Below, in pieces: positions 11,472 to 23,063 of a stretch of 64,000 bases of DNA (its first letter is position 1; each line of letters starts with the position of its first letter). The translations under genes were made by a program, and so were the position numbers. The DNA comes from Sporopachydermia quercuum (taxonomy: Eukaryota): assembly GCA_001599295.1 (NCBI GenBank), contig BCGN01000002.1, forward strand, positions 992,001 to 1,056,000, written 5' to 3'. Below the pieces are notes generated by a model that ran no database searches, was not told the DNA's origin, and worked only from the letters and a program-made list of their open reading frames with translations.

Positions 11472-13349
11472 TTTGTCGGATGTAAGTAAGGTAGGTAGAT
11501 TTATATTGGGAGACAAAAACAGTTGATTGAAGTGTTGAACCGTATTTTTTAATGGAAGAACAGGTTTGGCTGCTTGGAAAAAAATTTGTGGCTCTTTTCT
11601 TATGAATGTGATTTGTTATTTGAAACCGTCAGCAAAATCACCGATCAGTTAATGATGATTCTTGCGGATAAGATGTAAATACCTCTCAGAAGTAACGAGT
11701 ATGCTGATTGAAGGGCTATATAATGCCTTCAGCGAAATCTGAGCAGAATCAACGATACAATAAAGAGCTGGCTATTTATTTTACTCTGTTTCAAAGTATC
11801 TTTCTANTATTTTAGATATTATGTAGGCGGAATAGAATACCAAGAGAACCTTTGATATATGAAGCACCATACAATGGGATATATTTATTCTTTATCAAAA
11901 AAAAAATCCAATCAGAAGAAATAGAAAGAGATATGATGTTTGAACCAACAGGTGGTACAATGGGATATACCTGTTGCAGATCACATGATCTTGGGAAGAC
12001 GAAGATGGCTTTATCAGAGAATACTATTTTGAAATTGCATATGTAAAGGAACTTTTCAGATTCGGAATATACAGAAAGAGAGTACAAAACGAATATAAAT
12101 GAATACCTTGAGCATTATTAACATTATACAACTGTTGGATTGAAAAAATAATAAAGATATTAAAGGGATCATCTGTTAAACGTTTTACTTTCTGTCCGTT
12201 TACTTCTATTATGAAGTATTCAGTCACTCCAACCATGTACAATGAAACATAAGATTAACTATATATGTAACATCCTCAGCTTGTTAGGTTAGATATAAAT
12301 TCTTCTTTCTACATCTCAATTGGCAAAAAATTTAAGATAGATAATAAAATGTTTATTTCCAAACCATTGATATAAAACTAGCTACTATTCATATCCAATA
12401 ATCCTACTTCTAACTTGTCAACCAGTTCTTACATATCTTTGGTCATCCAGCAGATAAGTTCCTCCCCAACAATGTGAAAGAAAACAGAATCCATCATTTC
12501 CCTTCTAGTTCAATTTTCAACCTAAACGGCTTTTGCCGTGAAACCTCTTTAAAGTACTCAAATTCCATACAATTCTACCCTAATCAAATTTACATATTTT
12601 CCTCCCNTTAGTAGCTACTTTATCCCCGCTGCTCTTTCAATTCACCTCTGCTCATCTCACCTACAATCTCATCTCATCACCCATCATATCACACATCACA
12701 GTCTCTCCCACCCCCCCATAAATACACCAAAACACCATTTTCTCTTCTTTCAACAGGAATCAATCTATGCCTAGAATTGCCCCCGCTCCACGTTCAACCA
12801 GCCAAAAAGACAACAAACATCGCGCTGGCTGTTTTCACAGAAATCACAATTGAAATAATCAGTGAAACAACGCAACGGATGGAAGGATGATCAAGAGTAC
12901 CAATAATCGACCGGAAATCAATTAGTCAATTTGTTTGTTAAACAATTAAATGGATTCACATTTGACACCAAGTTTGGTTGAATCAAGAACAATATACGTG
13001 TCGTTTAAAGAGCTTAGTTGATCTGATTATTTGGGTGTGTGTCATCATTTTTGAGTAATTGGAGGATTGGTAATTCATTACATTGATATTGTATATGAGC
13101 ACAATTGAATCAACAAGTGAATTTATTGAAGGGAAAGAAAAAAAATAACCATTGTATTACTGAGGCATAGAAGTTCATCTATTTATTGATAAGTTGTTGG
13201 ATTGAGTTTGAGTTGTCTTTGATGTTGATTTGACTGTTCAGTTAATTGTTAGTTTTCATTGATTCGCTGATTAATTGATTGATTTGATAGAAACCAGTAT
13301 CAAGAGAAGAAAAAGGAAAAGTGCATAAAGGTAATTCAGAAAGAGAATT

Positions 13350-16300
13350 ATGGTGAAACTTAAAGAGATTCCCAAGTCAGCTACATTTGCTTGGGCTTAT
13401 GATGCTAAACCTTTGATGGTTACGGGTACTGTAGCTGGTACCATTGATTCCGATTTCAGTTCTAGCTCATCGTTAGATATCTGGGATTTGAACCTTACTG
13501 ATAGATCAGTAGATGGATTCCAATTGACCAAACCATTGGTGTCTGTTACTGGTAATGATAGGTATTATGCGGTCGAATGGTCAAAACCCTTAGATAACTT
13601 CCCTCAAGGTGTGATTGCTGGTGCTTTAGAGAATGGCGAATTGGAATTCTGGAATGCAGAAAAACTGATATCATCAGGCCCAACTGAAGGATTAATTGCC
13701 CGAGAAACCAAACATAGTGGATCAATTAAGTCCATTCAATTTAACGTGTCGAGACCTAATTTATTAGCATCAGCAGGTGCCAAGAGTGAGATATTCATTT
13801 GGGATTTAAATAACCTTTCATCCCCTATCAGCCCTGGCTCTCAATCAGCAAGATTGGATGAAATTGAGTCTGTGGCTTGGAATATAAACGTTGCCAATAT
13901 TCTTGCAACTGGTGGTAATACGGGCTATACCTCTATTTGGGATCTTCGTCATAAAAGGGAAGTTTTGCATCTACAATATGGAGCTATTAAAGGTTCTGGT
14001 GTTTCTAGTATCGCTTGGCATCCAGACACTTCAACCAAACTTGTTACTGCATCTGAATCTGACTCAAGCCCTGTTATATTATTATGGGATCTCAGGAATG
14101 GTAACGCTCCTGAGAAAGTATTATCCGGTCATGAAAGTGGTGTTTTATCTGTTGATTGGTGTATTAAAGACTCTACTTTCCTTTTATCTTCAGGTAAAGA
14201 TAACAAAACCATTCTATGGGACACTGAGAAAGGTGAAGTATTAGGGGAGTATCCTGCTGCAACCAATTGGTGTTTTGAAAGTAAATTCAACTCTTATAAC
14301 CCAGATTTGTTTGCTACTGCATCTTTTGATGGTAAAATTTCCATCCAAACTCTTCAAAATACTAGCTCTTCTGAACCAGCTAAAGACAATAAAATTTCAG
14401 AAGAAGATTTCTGGAATTCTCCTAATTTCGTTGATACTCAAAAGCCTTCTTTTACATTGCAGAAAGTACCAAAATGGCTGGTGAATCCTTCGTCAGTTAG
14501 CTTTGGATTTGGTGGTAAGATTGTAACAGTCAAATCTGATTTGAAAGAACATAAATCTGCTGTAACGGTTTCTAAATATGTTGAAGATGAAAACTTTTCT
14601 GGTGATTTGAAACAATTTTCTACTTCTTTGAAAGAGGGCAAACTGGAAATCTTGGTTACTGAAAGATTACATAGTGCCTCTGACAGTTCAAAAGCCGATT
14701 GGAGCATATTGAAGAATGCTTTGGAGAATGGTACTGTTGAAGCATTGACNATATACGCTGGTTTGAATAAGGAGGCATCTGATGATANGGAAGCTGTAAA
14801 AGAAGAAGATAAAAAGAATGAGAATGGTGATGCCAAAGAAACGTCAAATGCTGCCCTTGATGATCTATTTGCCAATAGTGGATCTGAAGGTAAGACTTCA
14901 GAAGGAGATGATTTCTTCTCTAAAGTTGCTCAAGAGAAAGAAGAAGACTCATTTAGCGTTGAAAAACCTATTAGCTTCTTCTCTGATTCTCAAACAGAAT
15001 CGGAGAGAAAAATCGTTGAGAGCATTTTAAAGAAAGACTTTGCAAATGGAATCAAACTTTTGCTTGAAGAAGATAGATTATTAGATGCTAGTTTGTTCTC
15101 AATGTTTGCTGGTGATGCTGAAAGAAAAAAAGTCCANGCCGCTTATTTNAGCAAATATGCTAATATTACTGACTTTGCTAGACTTCTTTATACGGTCTCT
15201 AAAGATGATTTGAAAGATTTAGTACAAAATACTTCTGTTGCCGAATGGAAGTCAGTCGTGGCTGCTATTTCAACTTATGCATCAACTGAAGAGTTCAATA
15301 GAAGTATTTCCGAACTTGGTGATAGAATTCTTGCTTCAAACTCTACAACAGCTAGAAATGACGCTATTGCTTGCTACGTAGCAAGTGGAAATGTAGAGAA
15401 GCTTACTAGTATTTGGATCAAGGAAATCCCGGTTTCTGAAGAAAAACTTTTATCATCCAGCGAGAATGCCGTTTCTTCAAGATCAGCTGCTCATTTTGAA
15501 GCGTTACAGGAATTCATTGAGAAAATTACTGTTTTCAAGAAAGCTTTGAAAGGTTCTTTTGATAACAAGAATCTGGAATCTTTGAATGAATTGTTCAGGG
15601 AGTATGCTAACATTGTTGCGTTTCAAGGTGAATTAGAACTTGCATCTTCATTCTTTGATTTATTACCTGAACAAATGTCTGGATTATCACTTGAGAAAGA
15701 ACGTGTTACTAAGGCTGATGAGAAAGTCCTACCAGCTAAACAATTTGCTCCCAATTCAACAGGCCAAAAACCAAGATATGGTAGTATTCCAAGCTTAGCC
15801 AGCAAGAAATACACTGTTCCTTCTTATGGAAAGCCAGTTGAAGCTACTGGTGCACAACCTGGAGCTCAGACCGATATTTCTGGTGCCCCTGTATTCAACA
15901 GTTTGTATGCACCCCCTGGAGCTACTGCCACACCATTTGGACAAAATGCTGTTCCCAGCCAGCCTCCAGTCTCCAGGTCGGCTAGTGTCAGCAATCCTTA
16001 TGCTCCAGTGGCCCCAGTACAACAAGCACAACCTACTTATGCACCTCCTCCTAGCTCTGGAGCCCCTCGTGGACCCTCACCTGGTCCCAAGGGATTTAAC
16101 ATTCCAGGACCTAGACCTGTTTTAACCCCTGTTAATCCAAATCCTATTGGACCTGTTGAAACGCCTGGCCCAGCACCTAAAGTTAGTGGACCTAGTATCC
16201 CACCACCCCTTGCAGGTGCATTACGCAAGAGTTCAACAGAGGCTGGTGGATGGAACGATTTACCATTGCAATTACCACCTTCGGCCAATAAGAGAAGTAA

Positions 16301-17201
16301 TGCTCCACCAGCAAGAGTCAACACTTACAACCCACCTCAGGGCCCAGCAAGTAGATCTCAAACACCTGCAATGCCACCACCAGCTGCTGGTTCTGTTCAA
16401 ACTCATACAAGAACACCCAGTGATCACCGCAGTACTGCGCTGGTGAATCCATATGCGCAAGAACCCCATACTGTTGTTCCTCCTATGATTCCAAGACCTC
16501 AATCATCACAGAGTATCATCCCTCCTCGCCCAGGATTTTCAAATCAACCATTACAACAGAATACTCCTCCTCCTCCACCAGTGAATCCTTATGCTCCTTC
16601 AACTAGTGGCAATGCCAGAAGTCCTGCAGTGAATGCTTATGCTCCAGCAGTTTCTCCAGGAGCGTCTATACATAATCAAGTGCCGTTAAGTGGACCACCA
16701 TTAGGTGTATCAGGAGTTCCACCACCACCACCTGTTGGAGGTAGAAATAATTCAATTGATAGAATATCATCTCCACACGCACCACTACCAGCAACAGGAC
16801 GAACTCCTTCTATAGCGGCGGCATCTCCACCACTAGTAGTAACCAAACCACGTTATCCACCAGGTGACAGAAGTCATATTCCAACTGCCGCGTTGCCTAT
16901 TGTTCAAATTTTAGAAAGTCAAGTAAGCAATGTTAGACCAAAGATTCCTGAGCATTATGCTAAGCATCTAGCTGATGTTGAAAAGCGGTTGAGCATTTTA
17001 TACGACCACTTGAATAACGACGATCTAAGTAGTGATTTGGTAAGTGAACTGGTTACTATGTGTCAAAGCTTAGCTGGTGGTGATTTTGCTAAAGCACTAG
17101 AGTTGCATATTCAAATCTCTGTTAATAGAAGCAGTCAAACTGGTCATTGGATGGTTGGTATCAAGAGACTTGTTGAAATGGTTAGAGCTACAAGTCAGTA
17201 G
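13350..17201 (+). CDS. SEC31: COPII outer coat protein Sec31
   Basis: MVKLKEI..ATFAW WD40 propeller, ACE1 helical region, Pro-rich linker with GWNDLP and YPPGDRSHIP, C-terminal helical domain. Confidence 0.98.
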   Translation: MVKLKEIPKSATFAWAYDAKPLMVTGTVAGTIDSDFSSSSSLDIWDLNLTDRSVDGFQLTKPLVSVTGNDRYYAVEWSKPLDNFPQGVIAGALENGELEFWNAEKLISSGPTEGLIARETKHSGSIKSIQFNVSRPNLLASAGAKSEIFIWDLNNLSSPISPGSQSARLDEIESVAWNINVANILATGGNTGYTSIWDLRHKREVLHLQYGAIKGSGVSSIAWHPDTSTKLVTASESDSSPVILLWDLRNGNAPEKVLSGHESGVLSVDWCIKDSTFLLSSGKDNKTILWDTEKGEVLGEYPAATNWCFESKFNSYNPDLFATASFDGKISIQTLQNTSSSEPAKDNKISEEDFWNSPNFVDTQKPSFTLQKVPKWLVNPSSVSFGFGGKIVTVKSDLKEHKSAVTVSKYVEDENFSGDLKQFSTSLKEGKLEILVTERLHSASDSSKADWSILKNALENGTVEALXIYAGLNKEASDDXEAVKEEDKKNENGDAKETSNAALDDLFANSGSEGKTSEGDDFFSKVAQEKEEDSFSVEKPISFFSDSQTESERKIVESILKKDFANGIKLLLEEDRLLDASLFSMFAGDAERKKVXAAYXSKYANITDFARLLYTVSKDDLKDLVQNTSVAEWKSVVAAISTYASTEEFNRSISELGDRILASNSTTARNDAIACYVASGNVEKLTSIWIKEIPVSEEKLLSSSENAVSSRSAAHFEALQEFIEKITVFKKALKGSFDNKNLESLNELFREYANIVAFQGELELASSFFDLLPEQMSGLSLEKERVTKADEKVLPAKQFAPNSTGQKPRYGSIPSLASKKYTVPSYGKPVEATGAQPGAQTDISGAPVFNSLYAPPGATATPFGQNAVPSQPPVSRSASVSNPYAPVAPVQQAQPTYAPPPSSGAPRGPSPGPKGFNIPGPRPVLTPVNPNPIGPVETPGPAPKVSGPSIPPPLAGALRKSSTEAGGWNDLPLQLPPSANKRSNAPPARVNTYNPPQGPASRSQTPAMPPPAAGSVQTHTRTPSDHRSTALVNPYAQEPHTVVPPMIPRPQSSQSIIPPRPGFSNQPLQQNTPPPPPVNPYAPSTSGNARSPAVNAYAPAVSPGASIHNQVPLSGPPLGVSGVPPPPPVGGRNNSIDRISSPHAPLPATGRTPSIAAASPPLVVTKPRYPPGDRSHIPTAALPIVQILESQVSNVRPKIPEHYAKHLADVEKRLSILYDHLNNDDLSSDLVSELVTMCQSLAGGDFAKALELHIQISVNRSSQTGHWMVGIKRLVEMVRATSQ

Positions 17202-20002
17202 GGTAGACGGTTCTCAATTGCACGACCGTCTTAGTTATGTATATTGGATTAATATAATCGATCTTATAAACTTGTTATATTGGCAATAAAAGGCAAAATC
17301 AATAATTATTATATTTATTGATCCAAGTAGAAGGGTTATAAGTAGAAAAATGCCTTCCATAACTGAAAATATGTAATGGTCACGTGATAGAAGGTTTCAA
17401 TCTGATTATGATTACAACATAATCAACTATAGTTCAGATGGTATGAGGTATAGGAAATATTAGTTTCTATATGATTCTAGCTAGAAGTAACTTTTGCTAT
17501 AATATCTCGGTGTGAATTCGAATGCATCCCCGGTTTTCTTATTTTTTCTATTAGCATTCATTATGGACAGCTAGTTATATTTGTAAATAGAGAAACTTAT
17601 CCAAACAGATTCTTACATGTCCCTTGCATCAAGTTCAGGCTAGACTCAAAGTTTAATCTTATATGCCATCTTACGTAAGCCCTTCTATGAATTCTATGGA
17701 TTGTATGAATGTATCTAGCTGCCAAACCAATGACAACAATAATCCAGACAATCAATGAAATGAAGCTTTTGATCATAAAGCTATTAAAATCGAGGTCATG
17801 AAAATTGTAAATTCTGATGTTGTCCTACGTTATAATCTATTTGTTTTACTACGGACGCGCTGCTAGAGAGAATTAACCTTTCTCAACCGACAACTTAGGA
17901 TTACTTGTGTCTACGTGGATAGTACCAATTTATGCTTTGTATATCTGAAGTCAACTATAGCTCAACAAAACTAGAGTAATTGAAACTCGTTTTTAACTAA
18001 TTGTTTCTGGTTCAATGGAACTCAATCAGCGATGTAGACATTAGTTAACCAGCCAATTCTGAAAGCTCATTCCACCTTCTGCAAGTTTATGCATGCCACG
18101 GAAAGTAACTTTACCTTCTATCATATTTACCCATGATCATCGACAATTGGTTAAACGTAGAAACAAACGGAAGTTTTGTTGTAGAAACTTGAAGAAATTC
18201 CAGGAAACCAGAGAAAACAGAATTGCTTATAAATACCTCGAAGTTGACTTATTTATGGACTTTCTGAATGCTAACTATTAGCTAACCATACTATAAAAGA
18301 ACTATACAACTGGTATTAAGGCATCTCTTACGAAGGAACGTTTTAATCTCGTGTAAGAACTGGCATTTCATAAGCTTGTTCCATCAGCAGTTTTTTTAAG
18401 NCTTATTAATTGCTATTTGCTTAATACATCTCTTCTCCTGTAGTTTAATACTAATTGTTGATCTAGAAGATTGGTGAATATTGAGCTTATATTAATAAAG
18501 TTTATTTTATGCTTTCTTAATAACATAAACTTTATATGAGGAGTAAATGTTCCCCAGACATGTGATATGTTATAATCATGTTATAATCGCGTAATATAAT
18601 TACCAAATCTAATAAGAAGGTAAGTCGAAAATATTCGAATCTTTGATTCAAATGTTTTCAAATCTCCATCTATTTAGCGTGTATTTCAGTATATTTTAAT
18701 CTTTTCTGGATATATTGATTGTCTATCCCACATACTTTCAGTTCATCTAAGCGACAGAATATTTAATACTAAGCCGGAATAGGAATACCTAGCACTAATC
18801 ACTCATTGTGCATAAACATGCGTTAATAATTGCATGGTTCTAATGAGGGCAATGAAGAAAACTCTTCTACTTATCGCCTTGAGGATGCTTTAAGCTAAGC
18901 AGAATATTTGCGGGAAATCCCTNAAGAAGAAGTCTTTTACATCTTAGGTTTGACCAAGAAAGGGAAATATGTCAACTAATGGAGAAATCTTTTGAAAGGA
19001 AGGACTGGAGTAAGAATGAGAGTTTTCTTCCTCTTCTCTTGTCCTGTCAATTGAAAGAGTGAGAGAGCCTCTCGTATGTCTAGCTGCTCATCCAGCCAAT
19101 TGTTTTCCCGAGAAACCGAAAAATCTGAATTAAAAACAGGCAGTAAAAGTATACAAACAGTATTATACTCACCATTCACAAAAAAAGCCAGCAGCTACTT
19201 CATCCTGATCTTCCGATACTTGACAGAATCAAGTTTCGCGTTTTTCTTCTCTTGTTATCTCTAACAACATTCCATAAGATTTCATTTTAACCCAGAAATC
19301 ACAATGAAAAATAACTCATTTTCCTGCATCATATTTTAGCCCTCCCTTCCTTCTATTATTATCTTGTCTTATTTGTTGAATAATTACCCATTCANTGTTG
19401 CTTAATTTACATTTATTCCATCATGATATAATCCCTCATCACACAATCCAAATAAACTTTCTTCGTCCAAACGTTAACGTTAACTCTACTCACAACCTTA
19501 ACCGACTCTCTCCAAATTTCATCACTTTATTACCAAATTAAGCAATGAGGATGGGATTGTTGAATAGAAACTCCTTATAGAGAATTGTATATAACAATGA
19601 ACTGATCCTAGTAAACCATTGGGAAACTAATTGATATTATAATGAAAATCTTCAGAGTGTGATTTTGAATATTAGAAGTTGATAATTTCAATGGAGGTTC
19701 GGTTATCAATTGTCAAAGGATCTGGAAGATGGACGAGCACTGTATCTATCTATCATCATTGTGTATCTGTCCGCTCAAATGAATTAACGAATTAATGAAT
19801 GAATGAATTAAATGTAACGTAGTAAGTTATCTTGATAAGGAAAACGTTATAAGCAAAAATTTAAGTCATCAGCTTAAGAAAAAGACACATCAAACATCAT
19901 CAATTTACTTAAAGTTCTTGACATATTTTGTTGATTTGAACATATGTATCTGATAGTAATCTCTCAGGGAAGGAATAGTATCAAAACAACGATTTAACGA
20001 CT

Positions 20003-20329
20003 ATGGACAATAAGTCAATCGACAATATCATGAATGATATTTATATTCCGCCTTCGGAGCCAGATAAACCGGAAACAGTTCCTCATCATCAACCAACTTT
20101 GATTATGCAAGACAAAGAAACTGACACAACACATCATTTATCATGTGGATGTAGTGGGACTTGTATTAGAGAAGAAGCCTGGTGGTGCGATAACAAGACT
20201 GGGGAAGTCAAACATACTGATCGCCATGGAAGTGTAAGTACTGCTCGAAATGCTCGTGGAAGCAGAAGTTCAGATAGAAGTAGAAGCAGTAGTAGTGAAA
20301 GTGGAAGTAGTGTTGAGAGTATATTCTAA
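20003..20329 (+). CDS. Small hypothetical protein (108 aa) with a DIYIPP motif, a Cys cluster and a Ser/Arg tail
   Basis: Isolated ATG ORF with A at -3 in a long intergenic region; protein-like composition. Confidence 0.6.
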   Translation: MDNKSIDNIMNDIYIPPSEPDKPETVPHHQPTLIMQDKETDTTHHLSCGCSGTCIREEAWWCDNKTGEVKHTDRHGSVSTARNARGSRSSDRSRSSSSESGSSVESIF

Positions 20330-20717
20330 GATCTGTTTTCGGTGAATGTGTTTGATACATAGTAAGGAAAGCATGGATTGTGGCTGATAGAAATCAACAA
20401 TGCTGACAATGTAGAAGATGTATAAGGCTGATCACCTGTTCCATGAAAAAATATTTGTTTGTTTGGCTATACATATTAGTAATAGGGCTAATCATAATTG
20501 CTTATAAGTATGATTAATGATGAGTAGCTGTAGAATCGAGGGTTCTGCTGATTAATATAAGTTTATTTGAATATGAATCTTTCCATAAACTATGTGGTCT
20601 TCTGTCACTAGGAATTCCATCTCTGCATCAATAGAAGGAAGGTGTACATGATACAAATCGTCAAATGTACCATCCCAAAATTAGCGATGTCAAAAAATAT
20701 GTTCAAGTCCCTATTCA

Positions 20718-21993
20718 TCATCTTCCCACAGTAAAATTATTGGCATTCCATACATAAACCATTTCATCCCAGCCAACGGTGCAACACCATCCTTCTGCTC
20801 CCCACATACTCCAATCACATCCTACTACAAACTCTCGATGTTTATCAAACACACTAATCAAGCCTTTACTATGATTCACTCTAGTTAAAAATCTTGCTTT
20901 ATCATCAATTTGATCTTGCCATACTTTAGCTGTCATGTCATAAGATACTGATAATAGTATATCACCACGATGAGGTGACCATTTGATATTTCGGACTGCA
21001 TATTCATGAGCAACTAACTCATTCAAAGGCGATGGACCAACGTTATGATATGCTTGGCTGGGTGCAGAAGCTGGCGGTTGATTCAANACTTGAATCATAC
21101 GTAAATCCCATATTTTAATAGCACGATCGACACCAGCTGATGCAACGATAGTTGGCCTATATTTATTCCAATCAACAGAGAGCACTTCAAACCCTGAATG
21201 GGCAACGAAATCTAACTGTAAAGGATTTGGCGACCTCAAATCCCAAAACTGTAAATGTGAATTTGAATGTGCGGAAATTAATTGTTGAGGACTATGTGGA
21301 GACATTTGAACACTGTATATACAATCTTGGGTAGCTGGTAAAGGGTTAGGATTAGGATTGCTTCTTTCTCGTTGTGACATTGGTACTTTGGTATTTTTCG
21401 CATAGGAACTCACAGGCGAATATGGTGTTGTAAAATTCTTTTGAGGGGATAATGTAGTTAATGATGTAGGTCTATTAGGTGACCACTGATTAAATGGCAG
21501 GTTAGTTAATTGATTCATTAAGGTGTGATAATGACCCATTATCATCAANTGTTTAAAAGAATGATGAATAATCTAGCAGAATAATCAAAATAGCACATAC
21601 GATTTTAATAGTTCCATCCCAACTTGCTGTTGCAAAAGTTGTCTTTTCAACAAGATTCCAATTGACTGAAAATACTTCCCTTTTATGTTCTAGCCAGTTC
21701 TGAATTGGATATTGAGGTACTGTTCGATCAAACATCTTCACACTACCATCACCACTTGCTACAACAACATGGTTCTCATGTACTTCACTCCAAGCTAGAT
21801 CAAATAGCCCATCTTGAGTATCAAAAAATAATTCTGATGCTATACTACCATCATCATTAATATTAAGGAAATATAATCTTCCATTTCCCACTAATCCGTA
21901 ATTTGCTGCCGTTGCAACTGCTAGCTTATTATCAAAGAATGGTGAATATGCTACACCATAACCAGAATAACCAGTAGTACGAAATGATAGCAT
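20718..21993 (-). CDS. PEX7: PTS2 receptor Pex7; exons 21993-21601 and 21485-20718, intron 21600-21486
   Basis: MLSFRTTGYSGYGVAYSPFFDNKLAVATAANYGLVGNG and WD40 repeats. A GTATGT donor, TAACTAAC branch site and CAG acceptor join GTIKI|WSP in frame. Confidence 0.96.
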
Positions 21994-23063
21994 CTTGATC
22001 AGAATTTGACACAAGCTTGGACAATTCAATCAAAAGCTTTTCCAATCCAAAATAATTTAATTTAGTTACCAACGTCACCGTTAGTAAAACTAAGAAGTAC
22101 GACAGCAATTAATCATGTCAGCTACTTGAAAAGGCTACAGAGATATCTGTCGGCTTACAAAGAGATTTGATGCATAATTATGCATTAATATGTACATACA
22201 TGCTTCAGAGATAAGAGTTTACCGAAATTTGGCATATGACTTCCTAATACGGTATTAGATTTCCTTTATAGAAATTATTTTCATAGTATCGAAGCTTTAC
22301 CATTTTGGGAAGAGTTAGTTTTGGGGTACATGGCTAAGCACGAAACCTTATAACCTTATTCAGTATTCTGCATTAACCATGCATAATAATACATAGCGTC
22401 ACATCAACATACAGAGATACATAATATCAAAAAACCACCAACCNGGATATAACCAAACAGTGAATTATTTTTCTTTACGGAATAATCCTTCAGGTGAAAA
22501 CAATCTAGTTATAATAGTATAATGGATTGGAAGGGCGTTATTTTATTAGGATTGTCATTTGTATATATTTATATTTGCTTATTGAATGAATAATTAATAC
22601 GATATAAGTCTTCCAATTGCTATTGATCATTTATACAAGGCTGTTTACAACCTATTGCTTTGTTTGCTACACTCAGTTATAAGTAAACAGTGATCATATC
22701 AAGTTTTCAATTGCTAGGGTGTTCAAAGTGTTAATTTAAGTCGAATTTAACTTGCTGGCGGGCTAAGAAATTATTATATGCTTAACAAAATATATCAAGG
22801 TATTATTGAAGAGGAATAAAAATATTCACAGTAGTTTTCTCACTTCGCAATAATCCGTTAAATATACCCTTAGAAATGAGAGATTTGACTGGCAAGAAAA
22901 AGCTATCTAAATACCTATCATAAGTGCTTGCTTTGTTGACAGAAGAACTGGAATTAAAATAAGTTTTGGATGCAACTCAACCTTACTATTCATATTTTCT
23001 TTTCCTTTGTTCTTCATCACATACANCAACTGTTCGTGAGACCAAGTAATAGTCATACTCACA

